Source of the DNA: Dehalococcoidia bacterium
GTDB taxonomy: Bacteria; Chloroflexota; Dehalococcoidia; Tepidiformales; Tepidiformaceae
Assembly: GCA_022827945.1 (NCBI GenBank)
Contig: JAJEIT010000060.1
Span: 34,184-98,183, forward strand
DNA length: 64,000 nucleotides
Direction: 5' to 3'
Within the stretch, counting starts at the first letter, position 1. Every line of letters begins with the position of its first letter. Below the pieces are notes generated by a model. That model ran no database searches and was not told the DNA's origin. It saw nothing but the letters and a program-made list of their open reading frames with translations. Of the stretch, positions 26,131 to 34,268 are shown one piece after another. The position numbers and the translations under genes were made by a program.

Positions 26131-28650
26131 ATGGGAAGGGTGCTGGACTGGGTCAGCCGGGCCGTGACGGCCCGGCCGTGGATTACGCTCGCGGTTCTCG
26201 TGGTTGTCACGGTGGTGCTGATGGCGGGAATGGGGCAACGAGCGCAACAGGCCGAGAATGAGGCGTTCCTGCCCCAGGACAGCGACGTCGCCCGGGCGAT
26301 GGAGCAGATTGACCAGCTCTTCGGGGACTCCGCCGACGTAAACCTGGTCACCCTCGTCTTCCGGGGGGAGACGCTGGCGCCCGGCGCACTCGCGCAGATG
26401 CACGGCCTCCTTGAGAGCATCGCGGCCGACCCACAGGTAGGCAACCTGCTGGCGCCCACCAACCCGATTCTCGCGCCCACGCAGGTGCTGGCGTTCGTAC
26501 TCGAGACGAACGACTTCGCGTCGGTCCCGCAGGCGCAGATCGACGCGACGGTCGAGTACCTCCGCACGACGCCGGAAGCAGCACAGCTGTACGCAACGCT
26601 CGATGCGCTGACCGGAACCGACGCGGACGGGACCCCCGTCGGGGTCGCGATGGTGCGGGTGCTCGAAACCGGCGACGAAGCAAGCGACGACGCCCAGCTA
26701 CGCATCGACGAGCTGGCGGAGGCGGCCGAAGGGACGCTGAGCGTGCGAAGCATATCGGTGCCGGTGATAGAGGAGGAGGTCCTGGAGGCGACCGGCTCGC
26801 GGATGCTGCCGGTGATGGGCATCGCCCTGCTGATCGTCGCGCTGCTCACGCTCCTTTTCATGCGCACGCTCTCCGACCTGCTGCTGACGGTTGCGGGGCT
26901 GATCCTGGCGGTGCTATGGACGCTGGGGGCGGAGGGCTGGCTGGGGCCGAACGGGTTCGGCGCGATCGGCCCGCCGAACGCGCTTACCTCGATGGTGCCC
27001 GTGATCCTCATCAGCCTCACGGTGGACTATTCGATCCAGACGGTCTCGCACTACCGTGAGCAGCGCATCGCAGGTGAACCCGTGGCAGCGGCAGTCAGGG
27101 TGGGGCTGCGCAACGTGGTCATTCCGCTGACGCTCGCCGCCGCCACAACGGTCGTGAGCTTCCTGACGAACCTGATCTCCCCGATCGGGGCGATCGGGGA
27201 CTTCGGGGTGGTGGCGGGCATGGGGGTGGGGCTGAGCCTGATCGTGATGCTGACGCTCCTCCCCGCGGTGCGGACGATCATCGACCGGCGGCGGGAGGCG
27301 CGGGGGACGCTGCCCCCGGTGCGCCCGATCGCCAACGCACTCCCCGGCGTCGAGCGGCTGGCGGAGCGCCTGGGAGCCTCGATCTCACACCGGCCAGCGC
27401 CCTATATCGCCTTCGTAGCGCTGGCGTCGATAGGATTCGGGTTCGCGACGACGGATCTCACGACGAACTTCAGCGTGCGCGACATCCTCCCCCGGGACGG
27501 CCACGCGCTGGAGGACCTGGAAACGCTGGACGAGGCCGTGGGCGGCTCCACGGAAGTCGTGAGCGTCCTGGTGCAGGCCGAAATCACCGACACGCGCACC
27601 ATCCAGAACCTCTTCGACTTCACGGAGGCGTTCAAGAGCGAACGAACCCGCCCGCGAGCGGCCGAGGGACGCGTGGAGGCGTCGCTGGCGGTGCTTACGG
27701 AGGACTGGATCACGGACGACGGAGAGGGCGACCTCCGCTACGACCCGGAGCTCGAGCGGCTCTTCAACGAGGCGACGGCGGGGCTGCACCTCGATCCTGC
27801 GCTCATCCAGCGCTTCCTCGACGCACTGGGGGAGCGCGATCCTGTGGGACTGCGGCACGTACTGGTGGACAACCCGGACGGGATCGATACGGCGCTGATC
27901 CAGTTCCGGGCCTACTCGGGCGATCCGCACGAGACGAAGGGGATGCACGACGACATACGCGCGCTCTGGTTCGGCGACGACGACGACATCACGGCCACCT
28001 CCCAGGACATCATCACGCTCGCGGTGGCGGAAGAGATCAGGGACCGGCAGACGGAGGCGATCGCGACGACGATCGCGGCGGCGCTCGGGATCCTGATCAT
28101 CTTCTTCTGGGTGACGTTGCGGCAGCCGGCGCTGGCGTTCATCGCGGTCGCGCCGATCGTGCTGGTGTTGATCTGGGTGCTGGGCACGATGGCCCTGCTG
28201 GGCATCCCCTACACGATCGTCACCTCGATCATCACGGCGCTCTCGATCGGGATCGGGGTGGACTACACCATCCACGTCATCCACCGCTACCGGGAGGAGT
28301 TCTCGAAGCTGCGGAACCCGGAGAAGGCGGCGGTCCGGACACTGGCGACGACGGGCTCGGCGCTGCTGGGCTCGGCGCTCACGACGGCGCTCGGGTTCGC
28401 CGTGCTGACGTTCTCGCCGCTGACCTCGTTCGCGGAGTTCGGCATCACGGCGGCGATCACCATTGCGTATGCGCTGATCGTCTCCATCCTCGTCGTACCG
28501 CCGGCAATGACCGTCTGGGGCGCCTACCAGAACATGCGGCTGCGCTCGATGGTGGAGCGGCTGTGGGACGACCTTGACGTCGCCATCGAGGACACGCACC
28601 GGCGCTTCGAGGATGACGAGAAGCCCTCGGAGGCCTCTCCGGAGCGGTAG
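26131..28650 (+). CDS. MMPL-family RND-type membrane transporter, copy 2
   Basis: 839 aa, collinear with copy 1. Both begin MGRVLD and both carry SIGIGVDYTIHVIHRY.EEF. Confidence 0.88.
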   Translation: MGRVLDWVSRAVTARPWITLAVLVVVTVVLMAGMGQRAQQAENEAFLPQDSDVARAMEQIDQLFGDSADVNLVTLVFRGETLAPGALAQMHGLLESIAADPQVGNLLAPTNPILAPTQVLAFVLETNDFASVPQAQIDATVEYLRTTPEAAQLYATLDALTGTDADGTPVGVAMVRVLETGDEASDDAQLRIDELAEAAEGTLSVRSISVPVIEEEVLEATGSRMLPVMGIALLIVALLTLLFMRTLSDLLLTVAGLILAVLWTLGAEGWLGPNGFGAIGPPNALTSMVPVILISLTVDYSIQTVSHYREQRIAGEPVAAAVRVGLRNVVIPLTLAAATTVVSFLTNLISPIGAIGDFGVVAGMGVGLSLIVMLTLLPAVRTIIDRRREARGTLPPVRPIANALPGVERLAERLGASISHRPAPYIAFVALASIGFGFATTDLTTNFSVRDILPRDGHALEDLETLDEAVGGSTEVVSVLVQAEITDTRTIQNLFDFTEAFKSERTRPRAAEGRVEASLAVLTEDWITDDGEGDLRYDPELERLFNEATAGLHLDPALIQRFLDALGERDPVGLRHVLVDNPDGIDTALIQFRAYSGDPHETKGMHDDIRALWFGDDDDITATSQDIITLAVAEEIRDRQTEAIATTIAAALGILIIFFWVTLRQPALAFIAVAPIVLVLIWVLGTMALLGIPYTIVTSIITALSIGIGVDYTIHVIHRYREEFSKLRNPEKAAVRTLATTGSALLGSALTTALGFAVLTFSPLTSFAEFGITAAITIAYALIVSILVVPPAMTVWGAYQNMRLRSMVERLWDDLDVAIEDTHRRFEDDEKPSEASPER

Positions 28651-28711
28651 GATGGCGGCGACGGGGCGCGGCGAGCGCTGACCGCCGCGAGGCTCCCGCG
28701 GAGGTCCGACC

Positions 28712-30880
28712 GTGATCGAGACGAAGAAGTCGTTCTGCCGGTTCTGCCATGCGTACTGCGCGATCGAAGTCGACATCGAGGACAACCGCGCGGTGGCGGT
28801 GCGGGGTGATGCCTCGGACCCGATCTACGGCGGCTACACCTGCATCAAGGGCCGCCACCTGCCCGACCAGCACAATCACCCCGACCGCATCCGCTCGACA
28901 CAGCGGCGGCGGACGGACGGAACCTTCGAGGCGATCGGCAGCGAGCAAGCGCTGGACGAGATCGCGGAGAAGCTGACGGCGATCATCGAGGAGCGGGGAC
29001 CGCGGGCGGTGGCGCTGTGGGGAGGGGCGGGCGGTGCGCTCATGTCGCTGAGCATCAGCGGGGACTGGCTGCGAGCGATCGGGTCGCCGTCCTTCTACAG
29101 CGGAGCGACCATCGACCAGGAAGCGAAGCCGGTCGCGCAGTCGATGCACGGCAAGTGGGACGCGGGGGCACACCCGTTCGAGGACGCCGACACGTGGATG
29201 CTGATCGGGGCGAACCCGGTGATCTCGATGTGGGGCGGGATTCCCCACCAGAACCCCTGGAAGCGGATCAACGACGCGCGCAAGGCGGGGCTGAAGCTGA
29301 TCGTGATCGACCCCCGGAAGACCGAATGCGCGAAGCGGTCGGACATCCACCTGCAGGTGAAGCCGGGCGAGGACGCGACCCTGCTGGCGGGGATCATCCG
29401 GACCATCATCGAGGAGGGGCTGTACGACGCGGATTTCGTGCAGGCGAACGTGCAGGGGTTCGAGGAGCTGCGCGAGACCGTCAACGACTACACGCCGGAC
29501 TACGTGGAGGAGCGCACGGACGTGCCCGCGGCGCTCATGCAGGAGGCAGCGCGCACCTTCGCGGCAGGGCAGCGGGGACGCGTGACCTCAGGCACGGGAC
29601 TCGACATGCAGCCGCGGGGCACGCTGCACGAGTACCTCGTGCTGGCTCTGAACACGATCACGGGGCGGTGGTTGCGGGAGGGCGAGGAGGTTCCGAACCC
29701 GTATGTCCTGCTGCCGGGACGGACCTGGCGCGCGCAGACAGAGGAACTGGATCCGCTGCTGCCGAAGGACTCGGCGCTGGAGAGCCGTTTCCGCGGTCTG
29801 AAGCACAACGACGGGCAGTTCCCCGCGAACGTGCTCGCGGACGAGATCCTGACGCCGGGGCCGGAACAGGTACGGGCGCTGTTCGTGATGGCGGGCGACC
29901 CGGCCGTCAGCATCCCCAACCACGATCGCGTGGTGGAGGCGTTCAAGAACCTGGAGCTGCTGGTCACGATCGACTGGCGGATGTCGGCGACGGCGAAGCT
30001 CTCGCACTACGTGATTGCGTGCAAGCTCTCGCTGGAGCGTCCGGACGTGACGATGCTGCCGGAGGCGGTGGCGGAGACGTACGGCCACGGCGGCTACACG
30101 GTTCCGTACGCGCACTACACGCCGGCGCTCATCGAGCCGGACTTCGACGTGATCCAGGAGTGGGAGCTCTTCTGGGGGCTGGCGCACCGGATGCGGACGC
30201 CGATGACGTTCCGGGGCAAGCCGCTCGACATCGACAAGAAGCTGACCTCGGACGAGATGTTCGACGTGATGATGGAAGGCTCGCGCATCCCCTTCGAGGA
30301 GGTGAAGGGGACGCCGGGCGGGCGGCTCTACCCGGACGCGAGCATCCGCGTGGAGGCGCGGGAGCCGGGGAAGGACGCGCGGCTGAACGTGGGATTCGGG
30401 CGGATGATGGAGGACCTGCGCGAGGTGCGCGACGAGCCCCTCACGGGCGGGGCGGCTCTGGAGCCGGGCGAGGAGTACTCGCACCGGCTGATCACGCGGC
30501 GGATGCGGCAGGTCTTCAACGGCATGGGGCAGCAGATTCCCGAGCTGATGGAGAAGTACAGCTACAACCCGGCCTTCCTCTCGCCGTTCGACCTGCGGGC
30601 GCTGGGGCTGGAGGCGGGCGACATCGTCGAGATCGCCTCGAAGCACGGGGCGATCCGCGGGGTGGTCGAGTCCGACGAAACGGTGCCCTCCGGTGTCATC
30701 TCGATGGCGCACTCGTGGGGTGACAGCGTCGAGCGGGAGGAGAACACCTTCCGAACCTGGGGCAGCAACACGAACAAGCTCGTCAGCTTCGACGAGGACT
30801 TCGACCCGATCTACGGGATGCCGCGCATGACCTCCCTGCCGGTGAACATCCGGAAGCTGGAGGGGGTGGAAGCGGGGTAG
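28712..30880 (+). CDS. Molybdopterin-dependent oxidoreductase (DMSO reductase/MopB superfamily), cytoplasmic
   Basis: GTG start is preceded by GGAGG and 7 nt. N-terminal Fe-S cysteine cluster CRFCHAYCAIEV...YTCIKG. 722 aa. No Tat signal. Confidence 0.82.
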   Translation: MIETKKSFCRFCHAYCAIEVDIEDNRAVAVRGDASDPIYGGYTCIKGRHLPDQHNHPDRIRSTQRRRTDGTFEAIGSEQALDEIAEKLTAIIEERGPRAVALWGGAGGALMSLSISGDWLRAIGSPSFYSGATIDQEAKPVAQSMHGKWDAGAHPFEDADTWMLIGANPVISMWGGIPHQNPWKRINDARKAGLKLIVIDPRKTECAKRSDIHLQVKPGEDATLLAGIIRTIIEEGLYDADFVQANVQGFEELRETVNDYTPDYVEERTDVPAALMQEAARTFAAGQRGRVTSGTGLDMQPRGTLHEYLVLALNTITGRWLREGEEVPNPYVLLPGRTWRAQTEELDPLLPKDSALESRFRGLKHNDGQFPANVLADEILTPGPEQVRALFVMAGDPAVSIPNHDRVVEAFKNLELLVTIDWRMSATAKLSHYVIACKLSLERPDVTMLPEAVAETYGHGGYTVPYAHYTPALIEPDFDVIQEWELFWGLAHRMRTPMTFRGKPLDIDKKLTSDEMFDVMMEGSRIPFEEVKGTPGGRLYPDASIRVEAREPGKDARLNVGFGRMMEDLREVRDEPLTGGAALEPGEEYSHRLITRRMRQVFNGMGQQIPELMEKYSYNPAFLSPFDLRALGLEAGDIVEIASKHGAIRGVVESDETVPSGVISMAHSWGDSVEREENTFRTWGSNTNKLVSFDEDFDPIYGMPRMTSLPVNIRKLEGVEAG

Positions 30881-30889
30881 CGGTAGGCG

Positions 30890-31990
30890 CTACAGGTCGG
30901 CGACCTCGATCGTGCGGCCGGCCTCGGCGGCAGCGTAGATGCCGTGGACGGCCTCCATGGTGTTGAGGTTGTCGTGGCCGCTGCTGATGGGTTCCTTGCC
31001 CTCGCGGATGCAGCGGGCGAAGTGAACGATCTCGTTGGTGAAGGGGTTGTCGCCGACGAGGCCCTCCATATCCGGACCGACCTCGCTGAAGGCGTGGATG
31101 CCGTTGTGCCCGGGCTGCGTCTCGCGCGCCTCGGTGGCGAGGTGGGCGGGGGCGTGGTGCTGGTCGACCACGTTCCCGTCGAGGTCGGGGACGGTGTAGA
31201 TGGTGCCCTTCGTGCCGATGATGAGGGACTGGTACATCCACGGAGTGCGGGCGCTGTAGCTCGAGAGAAGCGTGCCCATGGCGCCAGTGTCGAACTCGAA
31301 AGTGGCGACGGCGCGGTCCTCGGCGCCGTTCTTCATGAGGGGGTGGTCGCCCCAGGTCTTCGCCGTGATGCGGACGACGTTGCCAACGAAGTAGCGCAGC
31401 AGGTCGACCTGGTGGGTGCTGACCATCATCACGCTGCCGCCACCATTGCGCTTCCCGTCGAAGCCCCACCAGTCGCCACGGTTCATGCTGGTCATGCTGC
31501 CGGGGAGGGCGGCGCCGAACCAGCTGTCGGCGCGGCAGGCCCAGATGTCGCCGAGCTCGCCCCCCTCGATGATGCGCTTCACGTTCTGGTAGTGAGGGAG
31601 ATAGCGCAGCATCTGCGCGACCATGAAGGTAACGCCGGCATCGTCGCAGGCGTTGACGATATCCCGCGCTTCCTGGACAGAGCAGGCCATCGGCTTCTCG
31701 AGGAGGACGTGCTTGCCGGCCTTCGCCGACTCGATGGCATTGCTGTGGTGCTGGTCGTGGATCGTGGCGATGTCGACCGCCTCGACATCGTCGCGGGCGA
31801 GGAGGTCGGCGGTGTTGGTGTAGACGGCGCTCGGGTCGACACCGGCGTCGGCGGCGTAGGCCGCAGCGGCCTCCTCCCGGATGTCGCAAACGGCAACGAG
31901 CTCGACCTCGTCGCGGTGCTCGAGGAAGGCGGGCATGTGGGCGCGCGCGATGCCGCCGCTGCCGATAAGGCCGACTCGAAGGGGAGGCAT
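30890..31990 (-). CDS. Gfo/Idh/MocA family NAD(P)-dependent oxidoreductase
   Basis: The track ORF extends to 32149. ATG at 31990 is preceded by AGGAG and 5 nt. Rossmann N-terminus LRVGLIGSGGIARAH and the EKP motif VLLEKPMA. Confidence 0.88.
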   Translation of the reverse strand: MPPLRVGLIGSGGIARAHMPAFLEHRDEVELVAVCDIREEAAAAYAADAGVDPSAVYTNTADLLARDDVEAVDIATIHDQHHSNAIESAKAGKHVLLEKPMACSVQEARDIVNACDDAGVTFMVAQMLRYLPHYQNVKRIIEGGELGDIWACRADSWFGAALPGSMTSMNRGDWWGFDGKRNGGGSVMMVSTHQVDLLRYFVGNVVRITAKTWGDHPLMKNGAEDRAVATFEFDTGAMGTLLSSYSARTPWMYQSLIIGTKGTIYTVPDLDGNVVDQHHAPAHLATEARETQPGHNGIHAFSEVGPDMEGLVGDNPFTNEIVHFARCIREGKEPISSGHDNLNTMEAVHGIYAAAEAGRTIEVADL

Positions 31991-32033
31991 GGGGGCTCCT
32001 TGGTGGCTGGTGGTTCGTGGGCTAGTGGCCGTG

Positions 32034-32091
32034 ACTATACGGGGGTGGCTGTTGGCTGTTGGCTCTTGGGGGACGAGGGCGACGGTATAGT
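32034..32091. promoter_or_regulatory. Divergent promoter region with two facing TATAGT -10 boxes
   Basis: ACTATAC (32034..32040, reading TATAGT on the minus strand) and GTATAGT (32085..32091) form a 7-bp inverted repeat. The plus-strand TATAGT is 8 nt from ATG at 32100. Between the boxes lie GCTGTTG heptad repeats. Confidence 0.45.
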
Positions 32092-32099
32092 GCGGGGCC

Positions 32100-33173
32100 A
32101 TGCCGCTGGATGACCTGCTGGAGACCATAGAGACGCTACAGGGCCGCATTCGGGATCACGGATCGCTTCTTGGCCAGAACGAGATACGGACCCGTTACGC
32201 ACTGATAGACCCGCTTCTCCGCGCACTTGGATGGGATGTGGCCAACCCCCAGGAGGTGGTGCCTGAGCAAGACGCCTCGGGCGGACGCGCGGACTACGCC
32301 CTTCTCAAGAACGGTCAACCCGAAGTGATGGTGGAGGCGAAGAAGCTGGGGCGCTCGGTAGGGGATGGCCTGGACCAAGCGATCGCTTACTGCGTGGGGA
32401 AGGGCACACCCTACTTCTGCGTGACCGACGGGGACACTTGGGAGGTCTACGAGACGTTCAGGAGGGTTCCTACGGGCGAGAAAGTCATCACGCAGTTCAA
32501 GATTACTCGGGACGACCCAGCAGAGATTTGCCTCAAAGCGCTGGCGCTGTGGCACCCGAGTGTCGCGAACGGGCAGGTTAGGGTTGGTCTAACTCCGGTG
32601 GTGGATGCAGCGGATGCGCTAGTAGCCGCCGCAGGGGACTCCGCAGTCGTCCATACGGCAGAGGAGCCGATGCCTGGGTGGCAGTGTCCTGATTGTGACG
32701 AGGTCTATCCGTCACAAGACACACGCCGTATCGCCCGACATAGGCAGGAGCACACACTCCGCCCGGCAGGGGAGTCACCTGCCACACCAAGAGTAGCGAG
32801 TGAGGGTACAGGCTGGGTGACTCTTACAGAGTTGCAGGCGAAGCCGTATGCCAAGCCCCGCGAGCTGCTGTTCCCTTCAGGTGAACAGGTCGGAGCCACG
32901 AGTTGGACGGAGCTCGCAGTTCAATTGACGCAGTGGCTGGTAGATAGGGGGCGCCTGTCTAGCGAAAGCGGCCCCATACAGCATGGCAAGCGCTACCTGC
33001 TCGCAAAGGAACCCGTCCACCCCAACGGCAATGAGTTCATCAACGCGCGAAGGGTGGGGCCGCTGTGGCTCAATAGCAACTACAGCGCCTCTGACCACGT
33101 CAGAAACGCAAGGCGAATCGTCACACACGCGGGTATCGACCCAGCAGACTTCAAGGTACGGCTAGCGGACTGA
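32100..33173 (+). CDS. HsdR-N-type PD-(D/E)xK nuclease domain protein with a C2H2-like zinc finger and an uncharacterised C-terminal domain
   Basis: 357 aa. N-terminus NEIRTRYALIDPLLRALGWDV...GGRADYALLKNGQPEVMVEAKKLG...YFCVTDGDTWEVY matches the type I restriction enzyme R-subunit N-terminal (HSDR_N) PD-(D/E)xK pattern (D65, E79-x-K81). The zinc finger is C196-x2-C199-x14-H214-x3-H218. I recognise no family for residues ~235-357. GC is lower than the flanks and rare codons are present (ATA, AGG, CTA, TCT). Confidence 0.7.
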   Translation: MPLDDLLETIETLQGRIRDHGSLLGQNEIRTRYALIDPLLRALGWDVANPQEVVPEQDASGGRADYALLKNGQPEVMVEAKKLGRSVGDGLDQAIAYCVGKGTPYFCVTDGDTWEVYETFRRVPTGEKVITQFKITRDDPAEICLKALALWHPSVANGQVRVGLTPVVDAADALVAAAGDSAVVHTAEEPMPGWQCPDCDEVYPSQDTRRIARHRQEHTLRPAGESPATPRVASEGTGWVTLTELQAKPYAKPRELLFPSGEQVGATSWTELAVQLTQWLVDRGRLSSESGPIQHGKRYLLAKEPVHPNGNEFINARRVGPLWLNSNYSASDHVRNARRIVTHAGIDPADFKVRLAD

Positions 33174-33206
33174 GGCCAGGCATTACTGGCCACCAGGCAC
33201 GAGCCC

Positions 33207-33650
33207 CTAGCCCTCACCCATTTGCTCCATGATCTGCGCCATTTCCTCGGCGCTGACGTCGGCGATGTGGGTGGCGATGGACCAGTGGTTGCCGGCAGGG
33301 TCGAGGACGCGGGCGATGCGGTCGCCGTAGAACTGGTCCTCGGGCTCGGCAACGGCAGTGGCACCGGCGCTCACCGCCTGGGCATAGACGGCATCGACAT
33401 CCTCGACGTACAGGTGGATCTGGGCCTGCATGGGCGGGAACTCGGAACCCGACGAGGAGCCGAGCATGACGGGCGCGCCATTGATCTCGACCTCGGCGTG
33501 GGCGATCGAGCCGTCGGGCATGGGCAGGCGCATGCGCTCGACCGCGCCGAAGCCGTTCGCCAGGAAGTCGAGCAGGCCGGGGGCATCCTCGGCGACGAGG
33601 TAGGGGGTGATGGCGGTGTAGTCGTCGGGAACGGGCTTGACGTCGGACAT
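33207..33650 (-). CDS. VOC (glyoxalase/bleomycin resistance/dioxygenase) family protein, tandem copy A
   Basis: The track ORF is a composite. ATG at 33650 is preceded by AGGAG. 147 aa starting MSDVKPVPDDYTAITPYLVAEDAPGLLDFLANGFGAVERMRLPMPDGSIAHAEVEINGAPVMLG (PhnB-like). Confidence 0.8.
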   Translation of the reverse strand: MSDVKPVPDDYTAITPYLVAEDAPGLLDFLANGFGAVERMRLPMPDGSIAHAEVEINGAPVMLGSSSGSEFPPMQAQIHLYVEDVDAVYAQAVSAGATAVAEPEDQFYGDRIARVLDPAGNHWSIATHIADVSAEEMAQIMEQMGEG

Positions 33651-33745
33651 GGGTGCTCCTTGTGGCAGTTGGCGAACTGAGGGGATTGCGACCGGCAAGC
33701 ATACGCCCGCCGGGGCGCGACGGGAACCGCACGATGGGATCCTGA

Positions 33746-34189
33746 TCAGGCGTCGCCCGTCGCCTCGATGCGACTCCTGACCTCTTCCTCGGTGATGTCC
33801 TCGACGGGACTGGAGAGCGACCAGGTGTTGCCGGCGGGATCGGTGATGCACGCGCCGCGGTCGCCGTAGATCTGATTCGCGGGCTCCTGCACGGAGGTAG
33901 CGCCCGCGCCCATGGCGCCGGCGTAGGTGCTGTCGACATCCGCAACGTAGAGGTTGATAGGCGCGTTGGTGAGCTTGAACTCGGGGGGCGCGACGGAGGA
34001 GAGCATGATCACGTCGCCGCCGATCACGACTTCGGCGTGGCGAATGCCGCCATCGGGTCCGGGGATGCGCATGCGCTCGACCGCGCCGAAGGCGTTGGCG
34101 AGGAAGTCGATGAGGCCGGGGGCGTCCTCGGCGACGAGGTAGGGAGTGACGGCCGTGTAGCTGTCGGGGATGTACCCAGTGTCGGACAT
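33746..34189 (-). CDS. VOC family protein, tandem copy B
   Basis: ATG at 34189 is preceded by GGAG. 147 aa starting MSDTGYIPDSYTAVTPYLVAEDAPGLIDFLANAFGAVERMRIPGPDGGIRHAEVVIGGDVIMLS. Same length as copy A and collinear with it. Confidence 0.8.
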   Translation of the reverse strand: MSDTGYIPDSYTAVTPYLVAEDAPGLIDFLANAFGAVERMRIPGPDGGIRHAEVVIGGDVIMLSSVAPPEFKLTNAPINLYVADVDSTYAGAMGAGATSVQEPANQIYGDRGACITDPAGNTWSLSSPVEDITEEEVRSRIEATGDA

Positions 34190-34268
34190 CGGGAGCTCCG
34201 GGCGGGTGTCGCCTCGTGGGATTCGGTAGTATCCCCTGCGCGAATCTAGCGCAGGAGGCCTGCGAGGC

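Noticed and set aside
31999-33203. Possible terminal inverted repeats or target-site duplication flanking the lower-GC nuclease-domain gene (cttggtggct at ~31999 versus ggccaccagg at ~33193).
   Set aside because: The match is only about 8 of 10 nt in G/C-rich sequence. There is no transposase, integrase or tRNA nearby and no direct repeats. This is insufficient to call a mobile element.
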